A DNA stretch of 64,000 nucleotides from Gemmobacter sp. (GTDB lineage: Bacteria; Pseudomonadota; Alphaproteobacteria; Micavibrionales; Micavibrionaceae): assembly GCA_044238935.1 (NCBI GenBank), contig JBIICI010000001.1:68441-132440 (forward strand), in the 5' to 3' direction. The position numbers and the translations under genes were made by a program. The notes under the pieces are model-generated. The model was not told the origin of the DNA and ran no database searches. It saw nothing but the letters and a program-made list of their open reading frames with translations. Positions 11,001 through 18,634 of this stretch are shown here, piece by piece; position 1 is the first letter of the stretch; every line of letters begins with the position of its first letter.

Positions 11001-11205
11001 CACGGCCATATATATGATTGCGCGGTAATAAGCCCACACTGATCAGCAACCACGCCATTAAATAGGCAAGCTGTGAAAAACCAACACCAAACAGATTATG
11101 CAATCTTGGCAATAGCGCAGGCAACAAAATATACCGCGCAACATCACCGCCTTTAATCTTAAAGGGTATAGAAGAAATAGTGTGCTTCCCTGCTTTTATG
11201 GTCAT
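8020..11205 (-). CDS. Large polytopic membrane protein, DotA/TraY-like (paralogue A, 1061 aa) with a G/Q/N/P-rich C-terminal tail
   Basis: Same architecture and motifs as paralogue B (ETAQSGTPFGQRFSGTWAPIRLVVAIGLLVPVAYGLNSAQFIVLYAAKWGSGFATNGW; IVFGHLDP; FEAMVGVPLWALAHLKLES; FKLIDMIPQNIMRWMG). It carries an extra ~110-aa low-complexity tail (..GDQQQGGDGNQAGSGGGGQGGGNQGGNQPQPQQSNPQP..). Confidence 0.6.
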   Translation of the reverse strand: MTIKAGKHTISSIPFKIKGGDVARYILLPALLPRLHNLFGVGFSQLAYLMAWLLISVGLLPRNHIYGRADSIGQFGIRHVIAQSWKNLKWDRHHIDQILMFGVIVLAFALIFGQIALILMGWVFETAHAAGLTGTGNAGLTSMFHTQYPKEDIALRMLDRVFGIPGIFGSLDAPASVSKIPPFQQGLQKLLGFYSYALLAVAVMIFLYYIVVVIAETAQSGTPFGQRFSGTWAPIRLVVAIGLLVPVAYGLNSAQFIVLYAAKWGSGFATNGWYYFGAHNHLLPGAESTAAQAGNNKNQGLKIVAPIKSIPPLASLGQFMAVAKTCQIAHQRAYSEEFTGNVKGRQIKPYVLRQNHWINGGGQKSNDKVNFLEIPAGAGGDFWKKALALNVGSENVRIVFGHLDPVRYSNARAGIYPHCGELVIHRRSKFRLEAVEVIETAYFQMIVNLWYNNPKLLQYAEYLNEKLLPYNRKNNNPSSPNISTSLISDMELTIIDQLKVAEKSLLDSWKKNGAYGAQYPQGSLQKYGWGGAGIWYNTVSEYNGALIGAVYNAPTVSRKPDVFVRKNNTQANSTTSQKNDEAGHNQGDDFQFDHEIKKVLQSAADEWTQLIQSMQSDREKNRESNTLLAVLNMMMGTSGLMDLIDMDDVHPLSHLSAAGRSMVETSVRNLGISVFAQGGSAFFSQWGASQPLLASAMPILGALGGAVSVFALMGLTAGVILGYVIPFMPFVFFFFAVGGWVKGIFEAMVGVPLWALAHLKLESNDSGGLPGSSGIMGYYLIFEVFLRPILIVFGLIASLSIFSASARIMHDLFPIIANEMLNASNNSGGAQASASAVGDIATALNKGKDFDTGKFVNQLQNTAYSARGKFDEFAITCMYAVLMYMLGNSSFKLIDMIPQNIMRWMGAGVETFNDLNQIEDPMNISTTYIAGGVGTHMTELSEIVHDSGGAVGTLLGRLTAPPEPPSLTSPKDKKQGDQQQGGDGNQAGSGGGGQGGGNQGGNQPQPQQSNPQPSASTPPAKKPSPTSGSPEETGGDPPPNNGGSPISSGSIKKAPPKDETP

Positions 11206-11292
11206 AGCTCCCCTAATATTATTTCTATAAAAATAGAAGTAATTTTATCTATTGTCCCCATAATACCACACTCCATCTATCAAACGCCATTT

Positions 11293-12873
11293 TTATTTCA
11301 CAGCAGGATTTAATAGATCCGTAGGCAGGCTTTCAATCTCATCCTCTGGCTTTGCTAAAAGGGGCTGTTCGATTTTCTCTCTCCGCCCCCCTTGTTTAGA
11401 GGCAGGATTTGTCAAGGCAGGATCTAAGCGATGCGCTTTGTTTCGGGCGGCTGTTTCATCAGCCGTGCTAAAAACCACAACACGGGGGCGCAACAAAAAC
11501 ACAAGCTCTAAGTTTCGTGTTGTACTGGTGCGGCTATTCGGTAAAAATGGGCGCATAAAACCTAATCCCGTACTATCAAACGCATCACTTTCACGAACAA
11601 GCCCTGCAATCAACGCGGAATCCCCTGGGCGAACACGAATTTGCGTTTGTACCTCACGTTCGGTTGTTTTGGGTAACTGAACGCGGTTTGCACCACCGCC
11701 AACTGTTGAAAAATCAAAATCTTCGATACTGGATACATCCGTCAATAAAATGTCTAAATCTGCATAAATTGTTGAATTATCCCATGCACTGCCAATCGAA
11801 ATTGTAAATCCCGTATCCACCGTATCTGTTGTAACGGCTGTGGTGGATTGACCATTATCAATCGTTTCAGCCAATTCAGAAACATAATTTTCAGTATCGG
11901 CAACGCGCAATCTGGCTTTTGATCCTGATAAGACTGAAACTTGCGGCTGTGAAATCGTTTTAACAGCGCCGTAACGGGATAAGAATTCCACAACTTCCGT
12001 GGGGGTCAACGCCCCCGTGCTGCTAATAATATTTTTGGTTGTTGGCAATCCGATACTGACCGGATTTGTGAAATCAGAATTGACACCGCCTTTAAAGTTC
12101 AAGCCTGTTTGAAATTTCCCAAATTTTCCAAACTGATCCCACTTCACCCCTGAGGAATTGCCGCTATTTAAGCCGACCTCCCAGATATAGGTTTCAAAAA
12201 CAATAAGCGCTGTACTGGTTCGCATGCGTTGGAAATAATTTTCTGCCAATTCTGCGGTTCGGTTTGTGGCTTGGTAAATTAATGTTCGTGTGGATTGATC
12301 AATCACGGGCGCCGTACCAGTAACGGCCTGCAGACCTGTGGCAATATTTGTGATATAATTCGTATCAGAGCTAATGGGTGGGATCTTGACTGTAAATGTT
12401 TGCGTATCACGAACAACAATCGTCCCATCTTCGTTAGAACAATATAAATTCGCTAAACCACAAACGCGGCTCACGACTTTATTGATTGATCCCTTCAGAT
12501 TGCTCACGGTAATCGTCCGTGTAAGGGCTGCGTTTGTTTCAAACGCTAATGAAATATCATAATCCGCCAAGATTAATTGTAATGCCCCCGCAACGGTTTC
12601 ATTGCGTAATTCAAATGGCCCCACTGTTTCAGAGGGCAAGGGATCATTATTCGCCTGTAACGGAATTAAAACATCATCCCCTAAGGGCAAATACATAACA
12701 CTGTCAGGACGCTCATTAATAGCTTCCTTGCGCTCTTGCGCTTGGGCAGGGGTTGGAATATCGGCGTTACGCGCACCGGGTACATCGGCCTGTACGCATC
12801 CATTCAAGCCTATTAAGGCCATGCAGACAAGCATTATAAAAGACGAAAAATTAAACTTCATTTTCTTATCCAT
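11293..12873 (-). CDS. Outer-membrane lipoprotein secretin, type IVb pilus (PilN/TcpC/BfpB-like) class
   Basis: Signal peptide with lipobox (..MALIGLNG-C). C-terminal secretin domain: ..VQTQIRVRPGDSALIAGLVRESDAFDSTGLGFMRPFLPNSRTSTTRNLELVFLLRPRVV. An alternative ATG at 12861 is possible. Confidence 0.75.
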   Translation of the reverse strand: MDKKMKFNFSSFIMLVCMALIGLNGCVQADVPGARNADIPTPAQAQERKEAINERPDSVMYLPLGDDVLIPLQANNDPLPSETVGPFELRNETVAGALQLILADYDISLAFETNAALTRTITVSNLKGSINKVVSRVCGLANLYCSNEDGTIVVRDTQTFTVKIPPISSDTNYITNIATGLQAVTGTAPVIDQSTRTLIYQATNRTAELAENYFQRMRTSTALIVFETYIWEVGLNSGNSSGVKWDQFGKFGKFQTGLNFKGGVNSDFTNPVSIGLPTTKNIISSTGALTPTEVVEFLSRYGAVKTISQPQVSVLSGSKARLRVADTENYVSELAETIDNGQSTTAVTTDTVDTGFTISIGSAWDNSTIYADLDILLTDVSSIEDFDFSTVGGGANRVQLPKTTEREVQTQIRVRPGDSALIAGLVRESDAFDSTGLGFMRPFLPNSRTSTTRNLELVFLLRPRVVVFSTADETAARNKAHRLDPALTNPASKQGGRREKIEQPLLAKPEDEIESLPTDLLNPAVK

Positions 12874-13345
12874 CTTTCTTTGTTAACAAATTTTGGCGAC
12901 GCTGCCGCATCACCAGCAATCGTTCAACTGTTTGAATTAATCTATCTTTTTCAACAGGTTTCATTAAAATAGCGCTTGCCTTCAACTTACTCATGCGTTC
13001 CAATAAATCAGGATTTTGATCCCCTGTCATAAAAATAACATCACTATCGACCTTGCGCAAAATAATTTGTCGTACAAATTCAAAACCATCCATAGGTTCC
13101 ATGCGGACATCAACAATCATAATATCCACGGGAGGGACAGAATCACTATGATTCGCGTCTGAATATTGATTGATAAAATCCAGCGCGGCTTTTGCATTAT
13201 TTTGTTCGGTCACCAAAACATCCCCCCATTCGCCTTTCCATTGGGCTTTTTGAAGATAACGGCTGGTTTGCATACGGACAAAATCATTATCCTCAACAAT
13301 CATAATATGAATCGGTGTATTGACAGACGACATGATGGCGATCAT
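12866..13345 (-). CDS. Stand-alone response-regulator receiver (CheY-like, no output domain)
   Basis: 159 aa. Acidic pocket IMIVEDND, phospho-acceptor in DIMIVDVRMEPMDG, T in IFMTG, K in LMKP. The stop (12866-12868) overlaps or abuts the secretin start. Confidence 0.85.
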   Translation of the reverse strand: MIAIMSSVNTPIHIMIVEDNDFVRMQTSRYLQKAQWKGEWGDVLVTEQNNAKAALDFINQYSDANHSDSVPPVDIMIVDVRMEPMDGFEFVRQIILRKVDSDVIFMTGDQNPDLLERMSKLKASAILMKPVEKDRLIQTVERLLVMRQRRQNLLTKKDG

Positions 13346-13422
13346 AGAAAAAATATATTAACACTTTATTATGGCAGTGTTTGTAAAAGGAATAAAGGAC
13401 TATTTCAATATCAAAGGGTATC

Positions 13423-13926
13423 ATGGTTATTTTCAGTGTCTTATGCCTATCCATTGCATTAATATGTTTAATATATCTAACAATTATTGATTTACGGCAT
13501 TATTTGCTGCCGGATATTTACACGCTTCCCTTTGGGCTAAGCGGGTTTTTATTTCATGCGATCCATAATTTTCAATTTATCTCTTTTGAGAACCTCGCAA
13601 ATGGATTGTTATTAGGCATGGGGCTGCTGGGGATTATTCGATTTCTAGCGAATCTTGCCTATGGTCGTGATACTTTGGGATTAGGTGATGTCAAATTAAT
13701 GGCCATGGCAGGGTTATGGATTGGATATTACGCCATGCCTCTTGCGCTTATCATTGGCGCGATTGCCGCGATTATTCACGGTTTTGGAATGGCTCTATAC
13801 CAATATTCCCGTCAAAAATCTTGGCCACAGCTCAATCAACTCATGATCCCCGCAGGACCAGGATTAATTTTTGGTATTCTCACCGCTGGATTAGGGATTT
13901 ATTTTCAGATTCCTTTGTTCTTGTAA
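13423..13926 (+). CDS. Short A24-family prepilin peptidase (CpaA/TadV/PilU-like, no methyltransferase domain)
   Basis: 167 aa and polytopic. First catalytic Asp region is IIDLRHYLLPD; the second lies in the GxGD motif LGLGDVKLMAMAG. Confidence 0.8.
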   Translation: MVIFSVLCLSIALICLIYLTIIDLRHYLLPDIYTLPFGLSGFLFHAIHNFQFISFENLANGLLLGMGLLGIIRFLANLAYGRDTLGLGDVKLMAMAGLWIGYYAMPLALIIGAIAAIIHGFGMALYQYSRQKSWPQLNQLMIPAGPGLIFGILTAGLGIYFQIPLFL

Positions 13927-13953
13927 TTTTTCATTGGAAAAACATCATTACAA

Positions 13954-15027
13954 TCAACAGGCAGAAAACCCGTAATGATCTAACCAGCGTGTATCCGATT
14001 CAAAAAAGGTACGCAAATCGGGGATACCGTATTTCAGCATTGCAATACGTTCAATCCCCATACCAAAGGCAAAACCTTGCCATTCATTGGGGTCAAGGCC
14101 GCAATTGCGGATGACATTTTCGTGCACCATGCCGCACCCCAAAATCTCCATCCAGCCCTCACCTGCGCCAATCTTAAAGCCACCATCTTTGCGTGAACAG
14201 CCAATATCCATTTCTGCGCTGGGCTCAGTAAAGGGGAAAAAGCTAGGGCGAAAACGCAAAGGAACATTTTCTGTTTCAAAAAACGCATCAATAAATGTTT
14301 GTAAACATCCCTTTAAATGCCCCATATTGACGTTTTTATCGATATAAAGCCCCTCCATTTGATGGAACATCGGTGTATGTGTCATATCATAATCAGAACG
14401 ATAAGTACGCCCCATGGCCATGATTTTAAACGGTGGTTGACCGCTTTGCATTGTTCGGATCTGAACAGCAGATGTATGCGTACGCAACAGACGTTTTACA
14501 AAATCAGGGTTTATCTCTGCATCACTTTCCTGCGCTGCGTCAGGCAAGTAAAAAGTGTCATGCATTTCACGGGCGGGATGCCCAATAGGGAAATTCAAAG
14601 CGGTGAAATTATGATAATCATCCTCAATATCAAAGCCTTCGACCAATTCAAATCCCATGGCGCTGAAAATTTGATACAGCTCATCCATGACATGATTGAT
14701 GGGGTGAATCTTGCCCTGCCGCATGGGGCGCGGCGTTAATGTAACATCCAATGTTTCTGTACGCAATTTTTCATCCAGATGTACGCGTTGTAAAATATGA
14801 TCGCGTTCGTCAATGGCTTGGGTTAATTTTTGTTTTAACTGATTGATAAATTGACCAAATTCTTTTTTTTCATCGGCTGTCAGATTGGCCATATCTTTCA
14901 TGGCTTCGGTTAAAAATCCCTTTTTACCTAAGCACTGTACGCGTAAATCATTTAAAATTTTCAAATCCGGCGCAGCATGAATCGCGGTCAATAGATCACG
15001 AACTTGTGTTTCCAAAGAATGGCTCAT
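13954..15027 (-). CDS. pheS: Phenylalanine--tRNA ligase alpha subunit
   Basis: 357 aa with class II motifs (..FRPSFFPFTEPSAEMDI.., ..GFAFGMGIERIAMLKYGIPDLR..). Confidence 0.95.
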   Translation of the reverse strand: MSHSLETQVRDLLTAIHAAPDLKILNDLRVQCLGKKGFLTEAMKDMANLTADEKKEFGQFINQLKQKLTQAIDERDHILQRVHLDEKLRTETLDVTLTPRPMRQGKIHPINHVMDELYQIFSAMGFELVEGFDIEDDYHNFTALNFPIGHPAREMHDTFYLPDAAQESDAEINPDFVKRLLRTHTSAVQIRTMQSGQPPFKIMAMGRTYRSDYDMTHTPMFHQMEGLYIDKNVNMGHLKGCLQTFIDAFFETENVPLRFRPSFFPFTEPSAEMDIGCSRKDGGFKIGAGEGWMEILGCGMVHENVIRNCGLDPNEWQGFAFGMGIERIAMLKYGIPDLRTFFESDTRWLDHYGFSAC

Positions 15028-15038
15028 GGTTTTTATCC

Positions 15039-16682
15039 TTATATTTTATCTTTGATCACTAACAAAGCAGGTTTCGTTGCTTTTGGATCCATTTTATGGA
15101 ATTGATATTCAAAGCCCTGATGTTCGGGTCGTGATAAAATCGCCGTAATGGCATCTTTTAAGCTGCCATTATAGGCTTGGTTTGTATCAATCACGACTTG
15201 TTTTTTAGAATCCCAATAAAAAACCAGCCCTTCTTCTGCGCTCCATTGATTTAAGACTTCTTTTAAAAGCTCGCCATTCATGGCTTTCCATTTTCCTTGT
15301 GGCAAGGATTCTTTTTCAGAAGCAACAACAGGAATCTTGACGATTTCTTGTGATTGCACCTGAATATTAGACACATCCCGAACAGGGGCATTTAAGGTCA
15401 CAGAATCTGTATAAAGTCGGGTAATTTGCACCGTTTTACCCACAATATTGACCGATAAGTCCAAGGGTTCTAGCATTTGTTTTAACAAAGTTGGCCATGC
15501 CTGACCGCCCTTCCATGACACATTATGTTTTAGGTTAATCCCCTTTTCAAACGCCCATGGATAAGACGGCGGAATAATTTGTGACAACGCAATCACCAAG
15601 GGAATATCACTCCCAAAACCATTGACCGTTTCATAAACAATATCAGACACAGGCGCGATATTTGTGCCTTGCGCGGATATTGACGCCCCTGAATTCAGCG
15701 GTTCAATCTGTACGCCAATTGGTGCAACAGCAGGCATGGCATTAAGACCCGTCACATTAACCCCCTGTACGTCAGACGATTTCAATGGATACGGATTAAT
15801 ACGCCCCTTATATACTGGTTGTACGGGCGCGGGATTATTTTTAACAATCACGGGCGTATCGGTCGATACAAAAGGCGCGACCACAAAATTCTTTGTTTTA
15901 CCAAATCCTTTTTTAATCCCCCCGAAAAAACGCCCGAAAATCGATTCTTTATCCGCATTTGTATTCTGCGCATCAGATAAAGTGCGAGAGGTCACATCAA
16001 AATTTTCTTGTTTAATTGCGCTTGGTTGCGCCTGTCTTATAATAGGCTGAGGATTATTTTGGGCATTCAGCGTATTCATCCGCATAGAAGCAGGCGATTT
16101 CTGTGTTGATTGATTATACAGGCTGCTTTCATTTTGTAATGCCGCAACAGGATCTTTGACAATCGGAACTGGCATCGTTGAGGCTTTTAACGGTGTGGAT
16201 TCCTGTTGAATTTGATTTTGGGCATTTTGTAATTTTTGTTCAATGGACTGCAAGCTTTGATCGATAGGTGTTGGTGTTGGCGTTCCCGATGCTCTGGCTG
16301 CCGCAATAGGATTCGGAACAGCAGGGGCATCCCCTTTAAACTGCTCAATATCTTTATATAAGGGGGGCAAAGATTGCGTTGGCACAATATTTTTGACAGA
16401 TGGTGACGGCGCCGAAGATACAGATGTCTTCGCAACAGGCTCAAGCGGAATGGCAACCACGGGCGATGGATAAGGCGAGGCAGGCATGACAGGCGCAATA
16501 TTCTCAGATGATCTCTGTGACTGTCCTTGTGCCTGCATTTGTGATTGCGGTTGTTGTTGGTTTTGGGATTGCGCTGCTGGTTTTGACCATTCAAACCCAG
16601 CCTTTGCCGCGGAAAAAGGGAGAGCAAAACTGCATAAAAACACAGCAGCAGACATATAAAAATGAATTGTTTTTTGTGTCAT
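15039..16682 (-). CDS. Secreted Q/P-rich protein with two C-terminal TcpQ/PilL-like modules (possible secretin accessory protein)
   Basis: Start moved to the ATG at 16682, which gives a clean signal peptide (MTQKTIHFYMSAAVFLCSFALPFSAAKA). About 330 aa of Q/P/S/N low complexity follow. Then come ..IPLVIALSQIIPPSYPWAFEKGINLKHNVSWKGGQAWPTLLKQMLEPLDLSV.. and ..WKAMNGELLKEVLNQWSAEEGLVFYWDSKKQVVIDTNQAYNGSLKDAITAILS.. The domain call is from memory. Confidence 0.4.
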   Translation of the reverse strand: MTQKTIHFYMSAAVFLCSFALPFSAAKAGFEWSKPAAQSQNQQQPQSQMQAQGQSQRSSENIAPVMPASPYPSPVVAIPLEPVAKTSVSSAPSPSVKNIVPTQSLPPLYKDIEQFKGDAPAVPNPIAAARASGTPTPTPIDQSLQSIEQKLQNAQNQIQQESTPLKASTMPVPIVKDPVAALQNESSLYNQSTQKSPASMRMNTLNAQNNPQPIIRQAQPSAIKQENFDVTSRTLSDAQNTNADKESIFGRFFGGIKKGFGKTKNFVVAPFVSTDTPVIVKNNPAPVQPVYKGRINPYPLKSSDVQGVNVTGLNAMPAVAPIGVQIEPLNSGASISAQGTNIAPVSDIVYETVNGFGSDIPLVIALSQIIPPSYPWAFEKGINLKHNVSWKGGQAWPTLLKQMLEPLDLSVNIVGKTVQITRLYTDSVTLNAPVRDVSNIQVQSQEIVKIPVVASEKESLPQGKWKAMNGELLKEVLNQWSAEEGLVFYWDSKKQVVIDTNQAYNGSLKDAITAILSRPEHQGFEYQFHKMDPKATKPALLVIKDKI

Positions 16683-16793
16683 GTTTTCAATTACCCTTAT
16701 TCTTAAGACCCGAAACCTTAATGTTCGGGCACAGTATGCAAAATATTCCAATGAATATCAATTGTTTTTGTGATGGTTTTGTCTTGTGATCTT

Positions 16794-17765
16794 CTATCCC
16801 GTAACAATGCGCCCTGGATAGTGGGATAAACGATGCAACACATCATCCAGCTGGTCTAAACTTTGGAAATGAATCGATAATGCGCCTTGGTTCGGAGCGC
16901 CCTTTAACTCAATATCAACCTTCATCCCCAATGCCATAGAAACCTCATGTTCTAATGCCAAAATATCATCTGTTTTTTCAATAGAAAACTCTTTGTTATG
17001 GGAATTTTTTGCGCTCTTTTTAGGCAATGATGATGATGGTTTATCCGCTGCAACCATATGTTCCACTTGGCGAACACTTAACCCTTTTTCAATAATTTGC
17101 GCCGCAATATCTGCTGCATTCTCAACATGGATTAAGGCACGCGCATGCCCTGCTGAAATTTTTTGCGTTACCAACAATTCTAAAATAGCATCGGGCAATA
17201 ACAACAGACGCAATGTATTCGCAATATGGGGACGGCTTTTGCCAATGATTTTGGCGACTTGATCTTGGGTATAATCAAAGTCATCCATCAGGCGTTTATA
17301 TCCCCTTGCCTCCTCCACATGATTTAAATCTTCGCGCTGTAGATTTTCAATTAGAGCCAATTCAAAAGCGGTTTTATCATCCAAATCTTTGATCACAACA
17401 GGAATTTCATGCAATCCCGCCAATTGTGACGCACGCCAACGACGTTCCCCTGCAATAATCTGATAGGGCTGTTTTTCCCCTGCAACAGATCGAATTAAAA
17501 TTGGCTGTAACACACCATGTTGCGCGATTGAGTCGGCCAACATAGACAATGCCTCAGGGTCAAAATGCGTGCGGGGCTGTGTGGGGTCAGGTGCCATTTG
17601 ATCAATCGGCAAAATTTTGCGACTGATTATTTGTGTGGTTGATTGATCTTGAGTGCTTGGTGTCGATGCTGATTCAACACCGATTCTCTCCCCCTCATCA
17701 TCTTCGAACAAAGCGGATAATCCACGCCCTAGGCCTCTTTTGCGATTTTGTATCGTTGTGCTCAT
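16794..17765 (-). CDS. parB: Chromosome partitioning protein ParB
   Basis: 323 aa with ParB box ..IIAGERRWRASQLAG.. and an HTH region ..YTQDQVAKIIGKSRPHIANTLRLL.. Confidence 0.92.
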   Translation of the reverse strand: MSTTIQNRKRGLGRGLSALFEDDEGERIGVESASTPSTQDQSTTQIISRKILPIDQMAPDPTQPRTHFDPEALSMLADSIAQHGVLQPILIRSVAGEKQPYQIIAGERRWRASQLAGLHEIPVVIKDLDDKTAFELALIENLQREDLNHVEEARGYKRLMDDFDYTQDQVAKIIGKSRPHIANTLRLLLLPDAILELLVTQKISAGHARALIHVENAADIAAQIIEKGLSVRQVEHMVAADKPSSSLPKKSAKNSHNKEFSIEKTDDILALEHEVSMALGMKVDIELKGAPNQGALSIHFQSLDQLDDVLHRLSHYPGRIVTG

Positions 17766-17787
17766 GTTTATATCGATCCTTTAAATG

Positions 17788-18603
17788 TTATGCGGCAATA
17801 TCTAATGGGTCTTTTTGTAATTTTTTGGTACGCTTTTCTTGTTTTATGACTTCGCTGGCTAATTTAATATATGCCTTTGATCCCGCACATTTCATGTCAT
17901 AGACAATGGCAGGCAAGCCAAAACTGGGGGCTTCAGAAACACGAACGTTGCGGGGAATCACCGTTTTATAAACCAAGTCCCCAAAATGTTCACGCACATC
18001 ATTGGATACCATGCCGGATAATTTGTTCCGTTGATCAACCATTGTCAATAAAATGCCTTGTAACTCCAAATCAGGGTTAAAATGTTTCTTAACCCGTGCA
18101 ATGGTGCGCGTCAGATGACTTAGCCCCTCCAACGCATAAAATTCACATTGCAGGGGGACAATAACAGATTGTGCGGCAATAAAGGCATTTAAGGTCAAAA
18201 GATTTAATGAGGGGGGGCAATCAATAATCACATAATCATAGCCCTGATCACTTGCGGCAAGGGCTTGCTGTAAACGATATTCCCGTTTTTCTTCATTAAT
18301 CAGTTCAATTTCTGCCCCTGATAAATCAATACAAGACGGCGCGACATGCAAACGGGGAATCTTTGTTTCTTGGGTAATCTCTTTTAAGCTGACTTCATGA
18401 AACAAGACATTGTAAATACTGAATTCTAAATCCGCGCGCTTGATACTGAATCCTGTGGAGGCGTTGCCTTGTGGATCAAGATCAATCAATAATGTCTTTT
18501 TGCCCGTTGCACTCAATGCTGTGGAGAGATTCACAGCCGTTGTCGTCTTTCCAACGCCACCTTTTTGATTGGCAATCGCGATAATTCTGGTTTTTGATGT
18601 CAT
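17788..18603 (-). CDS. parA: Chromosome partitioning ATPase ParA (Soj)
   Basis: 271 aa with deviant Walker A IAIANQKGGVGKTTTAVNL and Walker B YDYVIIDCPPSL. Confidence 0.92.
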   Translation of the reverse strand: MTSKTRIIAIANQKGGVGKTTTAVNLSTALSATGKKTLLIDLDPQGNASTGFSIKRADLEFSIYNVLFHEVSLKEITQETKIPRLHVAPSCIDLSGAEIELINEEKREYRLQQALAASDQGYDYVIIDCPPSLNLLTLNAFIAAQSVIVPLQCEFYALEGLSHLTRTIARVKKHFNPDLELQGILLTMVDQRNKLSGMVSNDVREHFGDLVYKTVIPRNVRVSEAPSFGLPAIVYDMKCAGSKAYIKLASEVIKQEKRTKKLQKDPLDIAA

Positions 18604-18634
18604 CTTTTTCGCTCTTTTTTAAATTTTCTGAAAG

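Noticed and set aside
5015-13926. A complete Dot/Icm (T4BSS) or R64-type thin-pilus gene cluster
   Set aside because: Only DotA-like (x2), secretin, peptidase and receiver genes are present. There is no ATPase, coupling protein, DotC/D/F/G/H, IcmX, platform protein or pilin ORF in the window, so I do not call it a T4SS or T4P locus.
13716-14114. 132-aa plus-strand ORF bridging the prepilin peptidase 3' end and pheS
   Set aside because: It overlaps two well-supported genes in other frames or on the other strand, and it has no recognisable motif.
16187-16627. 146-aa ORF in an alternative frame of the Q/P-rich protein gene, plus the 128-aa antisense ORF at 15664..16050
   Set aside because: They arise from the repetitive CAG/CAA/CCA-rich DNA, and the main frame has a signal peptide and folded C-terminal modules.
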